This document shows positions 23,671 through 33,581 of a DNA stretch of 64,000 bases, in pieces. The notes under the pieces were generated by a model. That model did not search any database. It saw only the letters and a program-made list of their open reading frames with translations, and was not told where the DNA came from. This stretch comes from a virus, in IMG/VR virus record IMGVR_UViG_3300025655_000017. One strand, written 5' to 3'. How positions within the stretch are numbered: position 1 is the stretch's first letter; each line of letters opens with the position of its first letter. Made by a program: the position numbers and the translations under genes.

Positions 23671-24240
23671 TTAACGATGCATTGCTATATCATCTACATC
23701 GAATATTTTCAAATTACCTTTATTATCATATCCTAAATTTTCTGCTGATATGTCAGGGGCTTGAACCCCCATTCTTATTAATGTACTATATATATCAGTA
23801 ATTTCTTCAGCAAATTTGGTTAATTCGTCATCACTTGTAATCTTTAAATCATCTTCTAAATCTGTTCCCGGAAGATCAGCTATACTATAACCTATATCAT
23901 CCAATGCCCCCATTAATTGTGAAAAAAGATTTTCTATCTCAGAATCTTGATCTAAAAGTTCAACTATTATATAATAGTCATCATTAACAATATCTGCATG
24001 ATATATTTTTGCAACAGATGGTATATCCTCCCCTACAATGGATTTGGCTATATCGTATTCTGATTTAGACGATGTTATTTTTAAAACCTTTCCTGTTTCA
24101 CCAATAGTATAAGCAGTTCCAAACTCGCCTGATCCCATATAATGTAAATCATCTCCATCTATACCTAAACTTCTTAAATAACTATCTTTAGTTTGTTCTT
24201 CTTTTATAAAAGAAAACATCTCAGAAATAATATTTTTCAT
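23671..24240 (-). CDS. Protein-kinase-like protein (late-motif gene)
   Basis: GSGEFGTAY, VLKIT, DISAENLG, KIFD; late motif at 24242-24249. Confidence 0.7.
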   Translation of the reverse strand: MKNIISEMFSFIKEEQTKDSYLRSLGIDGDDLHYMGSGEFGTAYTIGETGKVLKITSSKSEYDIAKSIVGEDIPSVAKIYHADIVNDDYYIIVELLDQDSEIENLFSQLMGALDDIGYSIADLPGTDLEDDLKITSDDELTKFAEEITDIYSTLIRMGVQAPDISAENLGYDNKGNLKIFDVDDIAMHR

Positions 24241-24311
24241 TTATAAATAAATAGTTATTACAACAACCTTCTTTCACTATTTATTAAGGTAAAACAAAAT
24301 AATATATACCT

Positions 24312-24782
24312 TTGATAATATATATAAATGAAAATATTTCTTCTGATTCAATAATTGTTTATCACGGAACTAATAATCAATTTCAAAAATTTAATGATAA
24401 TGCTCCCATATTTTTTGTAGATGATATAGAAATAGCTCGAACATATGGGAGATATATAATTAAAGCTATATTAACAATGGATAATCCTATATATTTTGAC
24501 TTTAATAATGGGTCAACATTTTATTTTCAAGATCGTTGGTTTGTTCCATCAGCTTTAGCACTTTTCATGAGAGAGATTCATAACGACATGAAAAAATTTT
24601 ATAGTTTGGACGATGATCTAATAGATGAGCTAGAAAGCCATGACTTTAGTGCCCTCTCAGGAGATTTAGATGGGATGGTCATGGAAAATATAAAAGATAG
24701 TTCAGGAGAGTTATTTTCTTCTCATAATTCTGCTAATAATTACGTAGTTTTTAATACCAATCAAATAAAAATTATTAAATAA
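24312..24782 (+). CDS. ADP-ribosyltransferase-like (ART-PolyVal-type)
   Basis: VYHGT, FF.DD..A.TYG, L.M.NP, DG...NI.D, YVVFN.NQIK. Confidence 0.7.
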   Translation: MIIYINENISSDSIIVYHGTNNQFQKFNDNAPIFFVDDIEIARTYGRYIIKAILTMDNPIYFDFNNGSTFYFQDRWFVPSALALFMREIHNDMKKFYSLDDDLIDELESHDFSALSGDLDGMVMENIKDSSGELFSSHNSANNYVVFNTNQIKIIK

Positions 24783-24790
24783 AAACCCAT

Positions 24791-25837
24791 ATGCCATTAA
24801 CAATATTTTTTAAAAGCTTTGAAAATACCCGTATTCTGGAAAATGTACAATTAGCCGATAAGTTATATTTTAAAGCTGGGAAACTTACCAGTGAAGATAA
24901 AGATATAATATTAAGTATTACAAAAGGTGATAATTTCACTAAAATAATTACAGATTTTTTTTATTATTATAAGGAGACTAAACCATTTTTAAGTATTAAT
25001 AAAATTATTAAAAATCTTGAAATACTTTACATTGAGGTTAAAAATTATGACAAAAATGTTTACCCAATTGAAGGATATGATATTTTAAATCCTTTTCCAG
25101 TGGGATCAATAATTGATGCTATTGAAAAAAGGAAAAAAATTATTTCTTTTATTAATAGTCTACCATCTATTGCAAAAAGAAATATGAAAAATGATATACG
25201 TGAAATGCGTAATCCATCTAAATTGAAAAAATATTTTGATCAATTTGAATATTTCATAGCACATTATAAATTACTCTCTAATAGAGATAAATCTATACAG
25301 GTTGGTATATTAAAAAAAATGTTTAATGGGAATAATACTACTTTAAGTGATTTGCTGCAATTTGTTGAAGATAAAGAAAACCTTTTAGGTGGTGCAGATT
25401 TTACAAAAAATGATATAATAAAAATGGCTGAATCTAATGACTTTCATATAATATATGAAAGTGGAAATCACATGATAGTAGAAGTTAATTCAGCACAGGG
25501 TATAAAGGCAATAGGATGTAATTCATTTTGGTGTTTTACTTACGGTTCAGGTTTCCAAGGAGCAATGAGTGATTGGCAAAAATATAGTTATAATGATATT
25601 GTTTACGTTATTATTGACTTTAGTGAAGATTCTGACTCAGCAGATTTTATGCATGTTGTAATCAAACCACTTATGGAGGATAATGAATTGATTGAATATG
25701 ATGATGAATTTTACGAGCAACATCCAATTTTTAATATGGCCAATGAAAACTATTCTAATCCTTATTTTATATTAGAAAATTTATTTGGTTCAAATTACAT
25801 AGATATAATAAAAAAATATTTAAATTTCGATGAGTAA
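24791..25837 (+). CDS. Hypothetical protein, probably virion-associated
   Basis: Co-oriented with the ART gene; N-terminal FKSFE..ILE; GCNSFWCFT motif. Confidence 0.5.
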   Translation: MPLTIFFKSFENTRILENVQLADKLYFKAGKLTSEDKDIILSITKGDNFTKIITDFFYYYKETKPFLSINKIIKNLEILYIEVKNYDKNVYPIEGYDILNPFPVGSIIDAIEKRKKIISFINSLPSIAKRNMKNDIREMRNPSKLKKYFDQFEYFIAHYKLLSNRDKSIQVGILKKMFNGNNTTLSDLLQFVEDKENLLGGADFTKNDIIKMAESNDFHIIYESGNHMIVEVNSAQGIKAIGCNSFWCFTYGSGFQGAMSDWQKYSYNDIVYVIIDFSEDSDSADFMHVVIKPLMEDNELIEYDDEFYEQHPIFNMANENYSNPYFILENLFGSNYIDIIKKYLNFDE

Positions 25838-25894
25838 AAAAACCACCATCTAAATTAATAGATGGTGGATCATGAAATATATTAAATATAAAAA

Positions 25895-27721
25895 TTATGT
25901 CATAAGGTCAATAATTGTATTTTTTTGCAACGTTTCATAGCGCAAATCAATATCGACCTTTTCTTCATTGATCAATTCACTTTCATCATAAATGATGTTG
26001 GCTCCTGCATCAATCAAAACTTGTTTCATAGAAATTGGTTTTGACCACTGAGCAAACAGTGCATTTCGTGCTTGCTCAGATTTTCCACCCGGCATACTTA
26101 CTGGGATATTACCAAAGTTTGCATCAAGAATAATAAAAGAAATTCCATCGTTTTCAGGCAAAAACAAACCTACGATTGTACCTTTTCCTTTTGTTTCAGT
26201 TCGCACTTCAAACAAAAGATCATTAGGATCAAACATGTGATTCTTTTTAACTGAAGAAGCTCGGCCTACTACAATCTTATAGCTGCTTTTTTTATCACCT
26301 GTGAAAACATTCAACATGGCTAATGTTGGTTCACTTAAACCTTTACCTACGTGCAGTAGTTCAGTTGCTCCATTTGGAGCATCGGTAATATCACCACTGT
26401 AAGTCAAACTGCCACTATTATAAGTGGAATTCCAACCAACTTTCTTACCAAGACCAATTGCACTTAAGTCTAAATCTGTTCTACCATTTTCGGAGTTTTC
26501 CCAATAAACACCAGCAGCCATGTTACCATCTACTGTAATTTTTGTTCCAGTCGGAACATTTCCAATAAACATTTTTTCTGTACTAGGTAAAGCATAATCA
26601 ATATTTGTTGGATAAAGAATATTCTTACCTTTTACATTCAATGATTCAATAAATGAATAGTAAACCTGCATAAAAGAACGTTCGTAGTGTTCTTTTGTAT
26701 TATTGCCCTTAGTCACGTAACTTTTTCCATTACGGATGCGGTAAAACATATCTTGTGGGTTATTCATGCGTGTATTTAAAGCGTACAAAAGACGGATTTT
26801 CCGAAAATTATTAGCTTTTTCCAAAGCTTTAGTCAGCTCTTCACCATGAAACTCATTAAGTGCAGTAACACTATTCAAAAAGTCAATAGACATAGGAACA
26901 TGGTGTTCTTTAGACAATTTAGACAACTTATTGATAATGCTAACATTATTTTTATTAGCTTTTTTAAATGCTAGGAATAATGGTTTATACCGATTGAAAA
27001 TCCCAGCTAACTTAATAAGATTATACTGCTTAATGTATTGTTCTACATCAATTTTCGAAGTAAGAATAGCTGCAATAATTGCAGGGTTCTTAATAAGAGT
27101 TGTGCTATCAGTTGCCTTGTAAACCAAATATCGAACGAATTCCATCGGATTCGATGGAAATACATTTTGGTCATCCATTACTCGAATAGCAGCTTCTTTA
27201 TTTTTGATATTATCTACACTTGCAAACTTATAATCCAAAGCATTCAAGATGTCAAAAACATCCTTAATTGTTTGTTCTTTCAGTGCAATTCCTGATTCAA
27301 ATAAAGACACACATAGTTGCACTAGTTCGTCTTTTGAAACTCCACAGATCACACGAATAGGAACCTTGCTTAGTTCAGGTACTTCTAAAATTTCATTAGG
27401 AAGGTAAATATAGCCATTTTGAATACCCAGAGCATCCATGCCATAAGTACTAAAATAATGCAATAACTGATGAACCAACAGTTCTTCTTCTGTGGAATCC
27501 ATAACAGTTGACCATGACTTGTGGAAAGTGGCATTAAGCTGATTTCCGTTCAACATTTCTTGATGGTAATATTCCATAATTTCTTTAGCACAATGAAGTG
27601 CAGAAGGATCAATAATATAACCAAAAGGTAAAGTCTGTGAAACAATAGTTTCACTCAAACTAGAAGATGTAGTTTTATCATTAAGTACTACATTAAAAAG
27701 ATTCAAAGTTGTGTAAGTCAT
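25895..27721 (-). CDS. ROT/TROVE-like helical repeat + C-terminal TerD-domain protein
   Basis: TFHKSW, QLLHYFSTYG; TerD-like RTDLDLSA...GWN...YSGDITDAPNGATE; no RING cysteines. Confidence 0.7.
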   Translation of the reverse strand: MTYTTLNLFNVVLNDKTTSSSLSETIVSQTLPFGYIIDPSALHCAKEIMEYYHQEMLNGNQLNATFHKSWSTVMDSTEEELLVHQLLHYFSTYGMDALGIQNGYIYLPNEILEVPELSKVPIRVICGVSKDELVQLCVSLFESGIALKEQTIKDVFDILNALDYKFASVDNIKNKEAAIRVMDDQNVFPSNPMEFVRYLVYKATDSTTLIKNPAIIAAILTSKIDVEQYIKQYNLIKLAGIFNRYKPLFLAFKKANKNNVSIINKLSKLSKEHHVPMSIDFLNSVTALNEFHGEELTKALEKANNFRKIRLLYALNTRMNNPQDMFYRIRNGKSYVTKGNNTKEHYERSFMQVYYSFIESLNVKGKNILYPTNIDYALPSTEKMFIGNVPTGTKITVDGNMAAGVYWENSENGRTDLDLSAIGLGKKVGWNSTYNSGSLTYSGDITDAPNGATELLHVGKGLSEPTLAMLNVFTGDKKSSYKIVVGRASSVKKNHMFDPNDLLFEVRTETKGKGTIVGLFLPENDGISFIILDANFGNIPVSMPGGKSEQARNALFAQWSKPISMKQVLIDAGANIIYDESELINEEKVDIDLRYETLQKNTIIDLMT

Positions 27722-27747
27722 GATAGTTATTTTATTGTGTTTAAAAT

Positions 27748-27802
27748 AAGAACGAATAGTATTTTTTTAGAAATAAATTTTTTAGGAACTATTTTTGTCC
27801 TT
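27748..27802 (-). ncRNA. Bulged-stem RNA motif, copy 1 (Y-RNA-like candidate)
   Basis: AAGGAC-AAA-AAUAGU-UCCUA...AU-ACUAUU-C-GUUCUU. Confidence 0.7.
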
Positions 27803-27815
27803 TGTGTATTTTAAA

Positions 27816-27865
27816 AAAGCGAACAGTATGTATCCAAGTTTTATATAGGAACTGTTTATGCCTTT
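27816..27865 (-). ncRNA. Bulged-stem RNA motif, copy 2
   Basis: AAAGGC-AUA-AACAGU-UCCUA...AU-ACUGUU-C-GCUUU; compensatory change versus copy 1. Confidence 0.7.
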
Positions 27866-27868
27866 GTG

Positions 27869-27982
27869 TGATGGGGGATGGATTCGAACCACCGACCTAG
27901 AGATTATATTTTAAAGGAAGTTTTTTTGATAAATTCGAAAACTATTTGAGTTCTCCTGCTCTACCAACTGAGCTACCCCATC
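27869..27982 (-). ncRNA. tRNA-like RNA with ~48-nt insert in place of the anticodon loop
   Basis: Acceptor GAUGGGG/CCCCAUC, D arm GCUC-AGUUGGUA-GAGC, T arm GGUGG-UUCGAAU-CCAUC, anticodon stem GGAGA/UCUCU enclosing a long loop. Confidence 0.8.
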
Positions 27983-27994
27983 ATTTTTTAAAAA

Positions 27995-28750
27995 ACTCCT
28001 GATTGATCAGAGTTGAGTGATAACATTTTTATCCGTTTCCAGATATTACAAACATCAAGTTAATTGATAGTTATCATAATCAATGAAATTACGGTTTTCA
28101 TCAACCTACTACTAAATGAGTTATAAAGTACTTTTCTCGTTCACCATCCTTGCAAGGATTCACAATCTGCCGACTGTTAGGTTAGAACGAAAATTTTCCC
28201 TCAGCTTCAAACTTGCGAGTCATCGACTGCCACTATATTTCAAATGGATAAGATTATTTTCCTCATTTTAGTGCTACTCACTTTCGCTTTTTATTTTCTG
28301 TTAAATAGAAAGTTTTTTTGATAAATTCACTGTGAAGGAAGCGGAGTAGCTTTCCACCTTGCTTGCTTTTGACAAGTTTAGGTCAAACTCCCTTCTGCTT
28401 TCGGCTGGCAACCTAATAACTTCTATGTTTTGTATTCACGGTATTTCTACCAACAAACTTTAAACATAAATTGTATATGCAATTTTTTTCGCCAAAAAAA
28501 TCTCACATATACTCATTGTTTTCCTTATTGCATTTCTGCTCAACAAACCGTCGAAATTATCATAAACGATTCGTTATTAAATCTTCATTGTCCTTATCTT
28601 TCAATACGAACAAATACCCAATTTAATAATTCTCACAATGGCTTTCATATCAACTGTGCATAACACAGCGCAAAATTTAACTCTTGCTTTCATCAAGTTG
28701 CCCTGACTTATTGTTTATTGCTCATAGAGCAAATGGAAAAGAAGCCCCCC
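27995..28750 (-). ncRNA. Large ornate ncRNA (ROOL/GOLLD-class candidate)
   Basis: No credible ORF; many GNRA-capped hairpins on the minus strand (AUCUG-GAAA-CGGAU, GGUA-GAAA-UACC, CAGG-GCAA-CUUG, GCA-GAAA-UGC); tandem promoters upstream. Confidence 0.7.
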
Positions 28751-28787
28751 CATTAATTCTTAATTAGTTCTTTAACTAATTGATGTC

Positions 28788-28946
28788 ACAAAGATAAAAA
28801 ACTTTTTTTAATAATGCAAGCTTTTTATCAGAAAAATAAAAAATATTTTTTCACCTTTTATTTTTCTTTTTAGTTGACAGTACAAATATAATAACTTTTT
28901 TTTAATAACGCAAGCTTTTCACTAGAAAAATAAAAAATATTTTTCC
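28788..28946 (-). promoter_or_regulatory. Tandem duplicated Bacteroidota-type promoters
   Basis: Two ~65-bp direct repeats, each with TTG..N..TA(T/C)nTTTG. Confidence 0.7.
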
Positions 28947-29334
28947 GTTAAATATTCTTGTATCAACAAATCTAATCCTTCAAATACCCCTACTAGATTT
29001 TCAATCTGTTTTTCCTCATCAACGTTGGGCATTAAGTTGCATTGCAACATAATTTCACAATATCGACGCTGGTTATTGGTCAAACTAAAGTTGCCAACAG
29101 TATTTAAAAACTTGCAAAATCAATATACAAATCACTCATGTTTTTTTGTTTAAAGGTAACCTTCATTTTCTTCATAATCATCGTCATCGTTTCGTGGATT
29201 TCTTCTCCAACTCTGATTTCTACGAAATGTTTCCTCAATGTCTGTTTCTTCATCATTTGTAAAATCATTGTCATAAAATATATGATGAAGCAACCCTAGA
29301 AGAAAAAATATGGCCAACATAATATAAATATAAT

Positions 29335-29889
29335 TCATAAATTATATGGTTTTAACATGTTATCAATTTCTGCAAATTCATCTAATAGTAAAAGTTCATA
29401 TGGTGTTAGTGAAGCCGCATATTTTTCTTGTTTGCTTAGTTTCATCCCACCTTTTTCACCCAATAATCCTTTTTGATATGATTTGTGAACCATGTGATTA
29501 GCTACAACATTTTTAACCACACTTACATTTGCCCCATTTTCTACAATCCATTTTTGAATTTCAGGATTATCTTCTATGAAACGCATTGCTTGATATGGAT
29601 GATCAGGGTTACTATGGTATGTGCAACTTTGGCCATTGGCCATAACAATGTTTTTTGTTCCTCCACTTGACTTAACTGGTTGTAATCCCTTACAAATATC
29701 ATGAAGAGCGGCTACCATAATTAAGTCGTTATTAGCATTCGCCAAAGCCCTACCTACTGTAATTTCAATATGTCCACCTAAAATACCCTCTGGGTGATAG
29801 TCTAAACGCTCAGGTGAGCCATAAAATGTGGTAAGCATAACCTGATAAACTTCAGGAGCCTTTGCTAAAAAAATCGTTATATCTTCCAT
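29335..29889 (-). CDS. HD-domain phosphohydrolase
   Basis: YHPEG...H...ALHDICK...H...HM...D. Confidence 0.75.
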   Translation of the reverse strand: MEDITIFLAKAPEVYQVMLTTFYGSPERLDYHPEGILGGHIEITVGRALANANNDLIMVAALHDICKGLQPVKSSGGTKNIVMANGQSCTYHSNPDHPYQAMRFIEDNPEIQKWIVENGANVSVVKNVVANHMVHKSYQKGLLGEKGGMKLSKQEKYAASLTPYELLLLDEFAEIDNMLKPYNL

Positions 29890-30403
29890 CTTTTTCTAAG
29901 ATTTTAATGTTTTTTGAAAAATCAGGGTTAGCTTCAATAAAATCGTGCAAAGAAACTAACAATGTTATAAATTCCCGGTATTGTTTCAAGATTATTGTCT
30001 CACCAACAATTCTATCTCTTTTTGCGTCTCTGTCAATACAAAGATAAGGATCAAACGATGCACCAGTGATGATAACATCTACCATATTTCTACCTCTCAA
30101 TGCTTTTTCCAAAAAGTGCCATGATAAATTAGTATTATCATCAATTAAAAAATCATTTGATAATTCAATTGCTTTCAAAAGGTGAGAAATTAAATCCTCC
30201 CGATCTGCACGAAATTCTTTGTGTTCTTCGCTATACCATTTTTCATTATGATTAGGCACAAATGCTTCTCGCAACGCATCTCGGTTACAACGTATATATT
30301 TTGGATCGTTAATGACCAATTGCTCAGTAAGAGTAGACTTACCTGACGCACTGATACCAACAATATAAGTAATATTTTTCATCATTTTTTTTTTAGATGA
30401 CAA
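29852..30403 (-). CDS. Polynucleotide kinase (PseT-like P-loop domain)
   Basis: GISASGKST, NRDALR, DNTNL, RDAKR. Confidence 0.8.
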   Translation of the reverse strand: MSSKKKMMKNITYIVGISASGKSTLTEQLVINDPKYIRCNRDALREAFVPNHNEKWYSEEHKEFRADREDLISHLLKAIELSNDFLIDDNTNLSWHFLEKALRGRNMVDVIITGASFDPYLCIDRDAKRDRIVGETIILKQYREFITLLVSLHDFIEANPDFSKNIKILEKDGRYNDFFSKGS

Positions 30404-30758
30404 AGATAGTAATTTTTTTCATACAATCCTAATTTATACAAGAATTTCATGCTGAATATTTTCCATGATAAAACTCTTACAAGAATTATTAGTTTTAAAG
30501 AAATCGTTCTCATTATTGAAAACCATTTCTTTTCCATTAACTTCAATAATAATTTTAGGATCATCACCTTTTTTCACTCCAAAAAAAATAAAAAGAGTAA
30601 TAACTTCCCAAGGGTTAATATTAAAGGCTAAATTTAACCAATTAAATTGTTTTAATTTAGGATCAGGTGAAAAAATTTCTAGTTTTTTCACCCAGTGTCA
30701 AGTTTGGTTATTTTTTCTTGTTTCTTCCAAAGAGAAACTTTCTTTGATTCTGGCTTGC

Positions 30759-30794
<36 letters not shown>

Positions 30795-31374
30795 ATGTGA
30801 ATGTAAAGATTCCAAAAAACTGTCAATGAAATTAATGATTACTTCAACATCACGCTCCATTTTGTTACTGACAGATGCCGTAGAACTAATAACATAAATA
30901 AAATTAATGTTATTCTGTGAATCAAAACTATCTAAACCTTCAAAAGTAATCTTAATAGTATTCACTTGTCCATAACAGTTCTTATCTTCTTTGATGAAGA
31001 AATTTCCATAAGCCTTAAACCCTAAAGAAGTCATGTAATCAGTAATGACTAATTCTTCAAAACTTCCAGTTCTTAAAAGTGGATTATAATAAGAAGAGTC
31101 AAATTTATAAGAATCCATTTTTCCTCGGATTTGATGACAAAAAATAGATAATGTTCTCGTCCATTGTTGAAAACCTTTTACTCGAAAAGAATTATTTTTT
31201 TTCTCAGCAGTAAAAAGATATTTGTGCTCAAATCTAGTACAACTTTGAGGGTTTTTATCATAGAAATGATATTGACCATTAGTTTTTTCAATTTTGTAAA
31301 TACCACTAAGGGTTTTTAAACTAATCATTGTAAGATGTTTGGTTATCTAATGATGTAAAGATACAATAAAAAAA

Positions 31375-31653
31375 TTACTTTAACAAATTTAAATGATAAA
31401 TAATCTCTCTATCATTAACTTCCAAGGCACCTAACTTAAAAGCCATTGTTTTATTTGTTTTGCAAATATCATAATGTGGCTTACCGTTTTTATTTTGAAA
31501 ATGTTTTCGATCAATTCCTAATTGATCTGCCATTTCATGTAGTTCATCTATGGTACTTGCAATCATATGCGACATTTTCATGCGCCCTAACTTGTACTCT
31601 CTTGTTCCTACATATACCATTGTTACAAAATAGTTTTGTTTAGTTGTTCCCAA
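31375..31653 (-). CDS. DUF4031-like protein
   Basis: SHMIA...ELHEMA..LG.....FQ....PHYD. Confidence 0.7.
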   Translation of the reverse strand: MGTTKQNYFVTMVYVGTREYKLGRMKMSHMIASTIDELHEMADQLGIDRKHFQNKNGKPHYDICKTNKTMAFKLGALEVNDREIIYHLNLLK

Positions 31654-31705
31654 TTAACTAGAAATTCACTTTCACTATAGGGGAGTAATTCTTCCATTTT
31701 ATTAT

Positions 31706-32035
31706 TTAAAATATGTTATTAAAATTAGTTAATAAGCCCATAATGTTCTCACTACCAACTGGATTAGCCGAATGAACAAAAAATCTTGGAGAAGGGATAT
31801 TATTATCCAAGCATTGTTCTACCAACCACTTTGCACAATCATATCCAGTTTCCCCCTGACCTAAATCATGATCAAAAGAAATAAGATCGGGTGGGGGATT
31901 ATTTTGCATCCAAGATACAAATTCATAATAATTTTTCGCCCATACAATCTTGTATCCTTGTGGTACTTTTCCCTCACTATTAATATGCGGATTTCTCATA
32001 TCGTCAAGCCACAGGAGAATTTTAAACGTATTCAT
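31706..32035 (-). CDS. Cyclic-phosphate-processing receiver domain protein
   Basis: LWLDDMR.P, ISFDHDLG, TGYDCAKWL, VHSANPVG. Confidence 0.8.
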   Translation of the reverse strand: MNTFKILLWLDDMRNPHINSEGKVPQGYKIVWAKNYYEFVSWMQNNPPPDLISFDHDLGQGETGYDCAKWLVEQCLDNNIPSPRFFVHSANPVGSENIMGLLTNFNNIF

Positions 32036-32152
32036 CTTGATATAGATTTAAATATTTATTAATGATTTTAACAAAGATATGAAATTTCACTAAAATATAA
32101 ATTTATTTCAGTGAAATTTTTTAATGGATATGATTAACCGCTAGTTTTGTTG

Positions 32153-32223
32153 TTACCCATAAGGGACTTGAACCCCTATTATCTCTTTAGCGGGGGTCTA
32201 TTGACCAATTATAGTAATGGGCG
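32153..32223 (-). tRNA. Degenerate tRNA (anticodon arm unpaired)
   Basis: Intact D arm CUAU/AUAG and T arm AGGGG-UUCAAGU-CCCUU; 15-nt weak anticodon arm. Confidence 0.5.
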
Positions 32224-32328
32224 AAGCATCAACAAAAAAAAATACCTATCTGCAAATAAGTAAATCTTCATATTAACAGTATCAAAAAACATAGTAAATC
32301 GTTACAATGTTTCTAATTCAAGCTATTT

Positions 32329-32630
32329 TTAATGGCTTTTTAAAACCAATAACTTTGGGTTCACTGCTAAACCCTCTATCCCGTCAGCGTAAGCTTTCGG
32401 GATTTCTTTTTGCAATATATTATACGCTCCATTCAAGTCAGCATTTATAATTACCCCCTTACCACTCCTGAAAAGACCACGTTTAATCCTCCTACCAATA
32501 TAAAATTCACGCTTTTTTGGGTACTCACCATCTAAAAATGAACATTTACTTGTATAGCTTTCCTCCCTAATAATTAAATTTATTCCCTCTAGCTTTAATT
32601 TATACGATAAAATATCTATAGCCCTACTGT
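32329..32630 (-). pseudogene. tnpB: TnpB C-terminal remnant with right-end (omegaRNA) region
   Basis: Translates REESYTSKCSFLD...INADLNGAYNILQK...DGIEG. Confidence 0.85.
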
Positions 32631-32661
32631 TATTACACTTTCTGTTGCATCTAATATTTTT

Positions 32662-32952
32662 TTAAAAAATGTAGAAATTTAATTCAACTCTACCACTTTT
32701 CATTTTGTATAATTGTACTTGTAATTGTTCTTTTAAAGGTTTATTATTTTTTGTTATTTGAAATGAAATTCTTTGAGTTTCTTCTATTGGGACAATAAAA
32801 TTTAATGCTTCATTAAATTCTCTTTCATTGATTTCATACCCCTTAGCTGTTATTTGTTCAAAAACATAATTTAGTGCCTCTTTTTCAGAGTTAAAATATA
32901 TTTCTGCATGTTCTTTTTCATATAAAAAATTCTCTGATAATAATATTGTCAT
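32662..32952 (-). CDS. Putative late/head protein
   Basis: Late motif at 32962-32969; N-terminal ILLSE. Confidence 0.45.
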   Translation of the reverse strand: MTILLSENFLYEKEHAEIYFNSEKEALNYVFEQITAKGYEINEREFNEALNFIVPIEETQRISFQITKNNKPLKEQLQVQLYKMKSGRVELNFYIF

Positions 32953-33035
32953 AATTTTTTATATAAATATAACAAAGTATTTCTTTTTGTTTATCAAAGG
33001 ATTGTTATTTTTGTTCATAGATTTTAGGTATTTAA

Positions 33036-33106
33036 AAAACTATATAGGATTTGAACCTATATTACTTTTCTCAGCGAAAAGCGTCCTCCCGTTAAACGAA
33101 TAGCTT
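33036..33106 (-). tRNA. tRNA-Glu-like body with atypical anticodon loop CGCUGAG
   Basis: Cloverleaf paralogous to 33125..33196; G at position 33. Confidence 0.6.
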
Positions 33107-33124
33107 TTTAACATTTTTGATTTG

Positions 33125-33196
33125 AAAACTATGTGGGATTCAAACCCGCGTTTCCTCTTCGAATGAGAAGCGTCCTGTCCACTAGACGAATAGCTC
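33125..33196 (-). tRNA. tRNA-Glu(UUC), slightly degenerate
   Basis: Cloverleaf; loop CAUUCGA; T-loop UUUGAAU. Confidence 0.7.
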
Positions 33197-33275
33197 TCCA
33201 TTAACTTATTTGCCTTAGTTGCAACAGAACAGAATAATTAATACTTTTTTAAATTGCAATTTTAAAAAAATTTCG

Positions 33276-33401
33276 TAAGAAATAAAGGACTTGAACCTTT
33301 GACCTTTTCTAGTAGCACAACAAAACATACTTGTTAATTTAATAACTGCACATGGCGTATGTTGTGCGTTCGAAACGCTCTACTAACTGAGCTAATCTCT
33401 T
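33276..33401 (-). ncRNA. tRNA-like RNA with long hairpin replacing the anticodon arm
   Basis: Acceptor AAGAGAU/AUUUCUU, canonical D and T arms; extension GCACAAC/GUUGUGC and AUAC/GUAU. Confidence 0.8.
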
Positions 33402-33412
33402 ATAAAAAATTG

Positions 33413-33492
33413 TACTGATGGAGGGATTTGAACCCCCGTTTTCAACGACCGCTACAGTTCTGGAAGGTATAAGCTTCCGCTGGTACATCAGC
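33413..33492 (-). tRNA. Non-canonical tRNA-like RNA with UAU anticodon hairpin and no normal D arm
   Basis: Acceptor GCUGAUG/CAUCAGU; GGAAG-CUUAUAC-CUUCC close to the acceptor; T arm GGGGG-UUCAAAU-CCCUC. Confidence 0.7.
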
Positions 33493-33500
33493 ATAAACAC

Positions 33501-33581
33501 CACCCTAACGTCTCTGGTGAATATGTAAGAAGATTACGACTAATTAATTGGCTAAGACTTATAATTAATTAGTACTTCTTA
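33501..33581. ncRNA. Repeated structured motif, copy 1
   Basis: CACCCTAACGTYTCTGGT..GAAGATTRCGAC-hairpin-GTACTTC shared with 33777..33834. Confidence 0.55.

Noticed and set aside
28430-28663. ORFs overlapping ncRNAs (28430, 33696, 34414, 37071, 59481)
   Set aside because: Atypical composition; the regions are better explained by structured RNA or tRNA
33276-33401. tmRNA or group I intron-containing tRNA
   Set aside because: Inserts are only ~50-60 nt, with no Ala-type acceptor end, tag ORF or group I core
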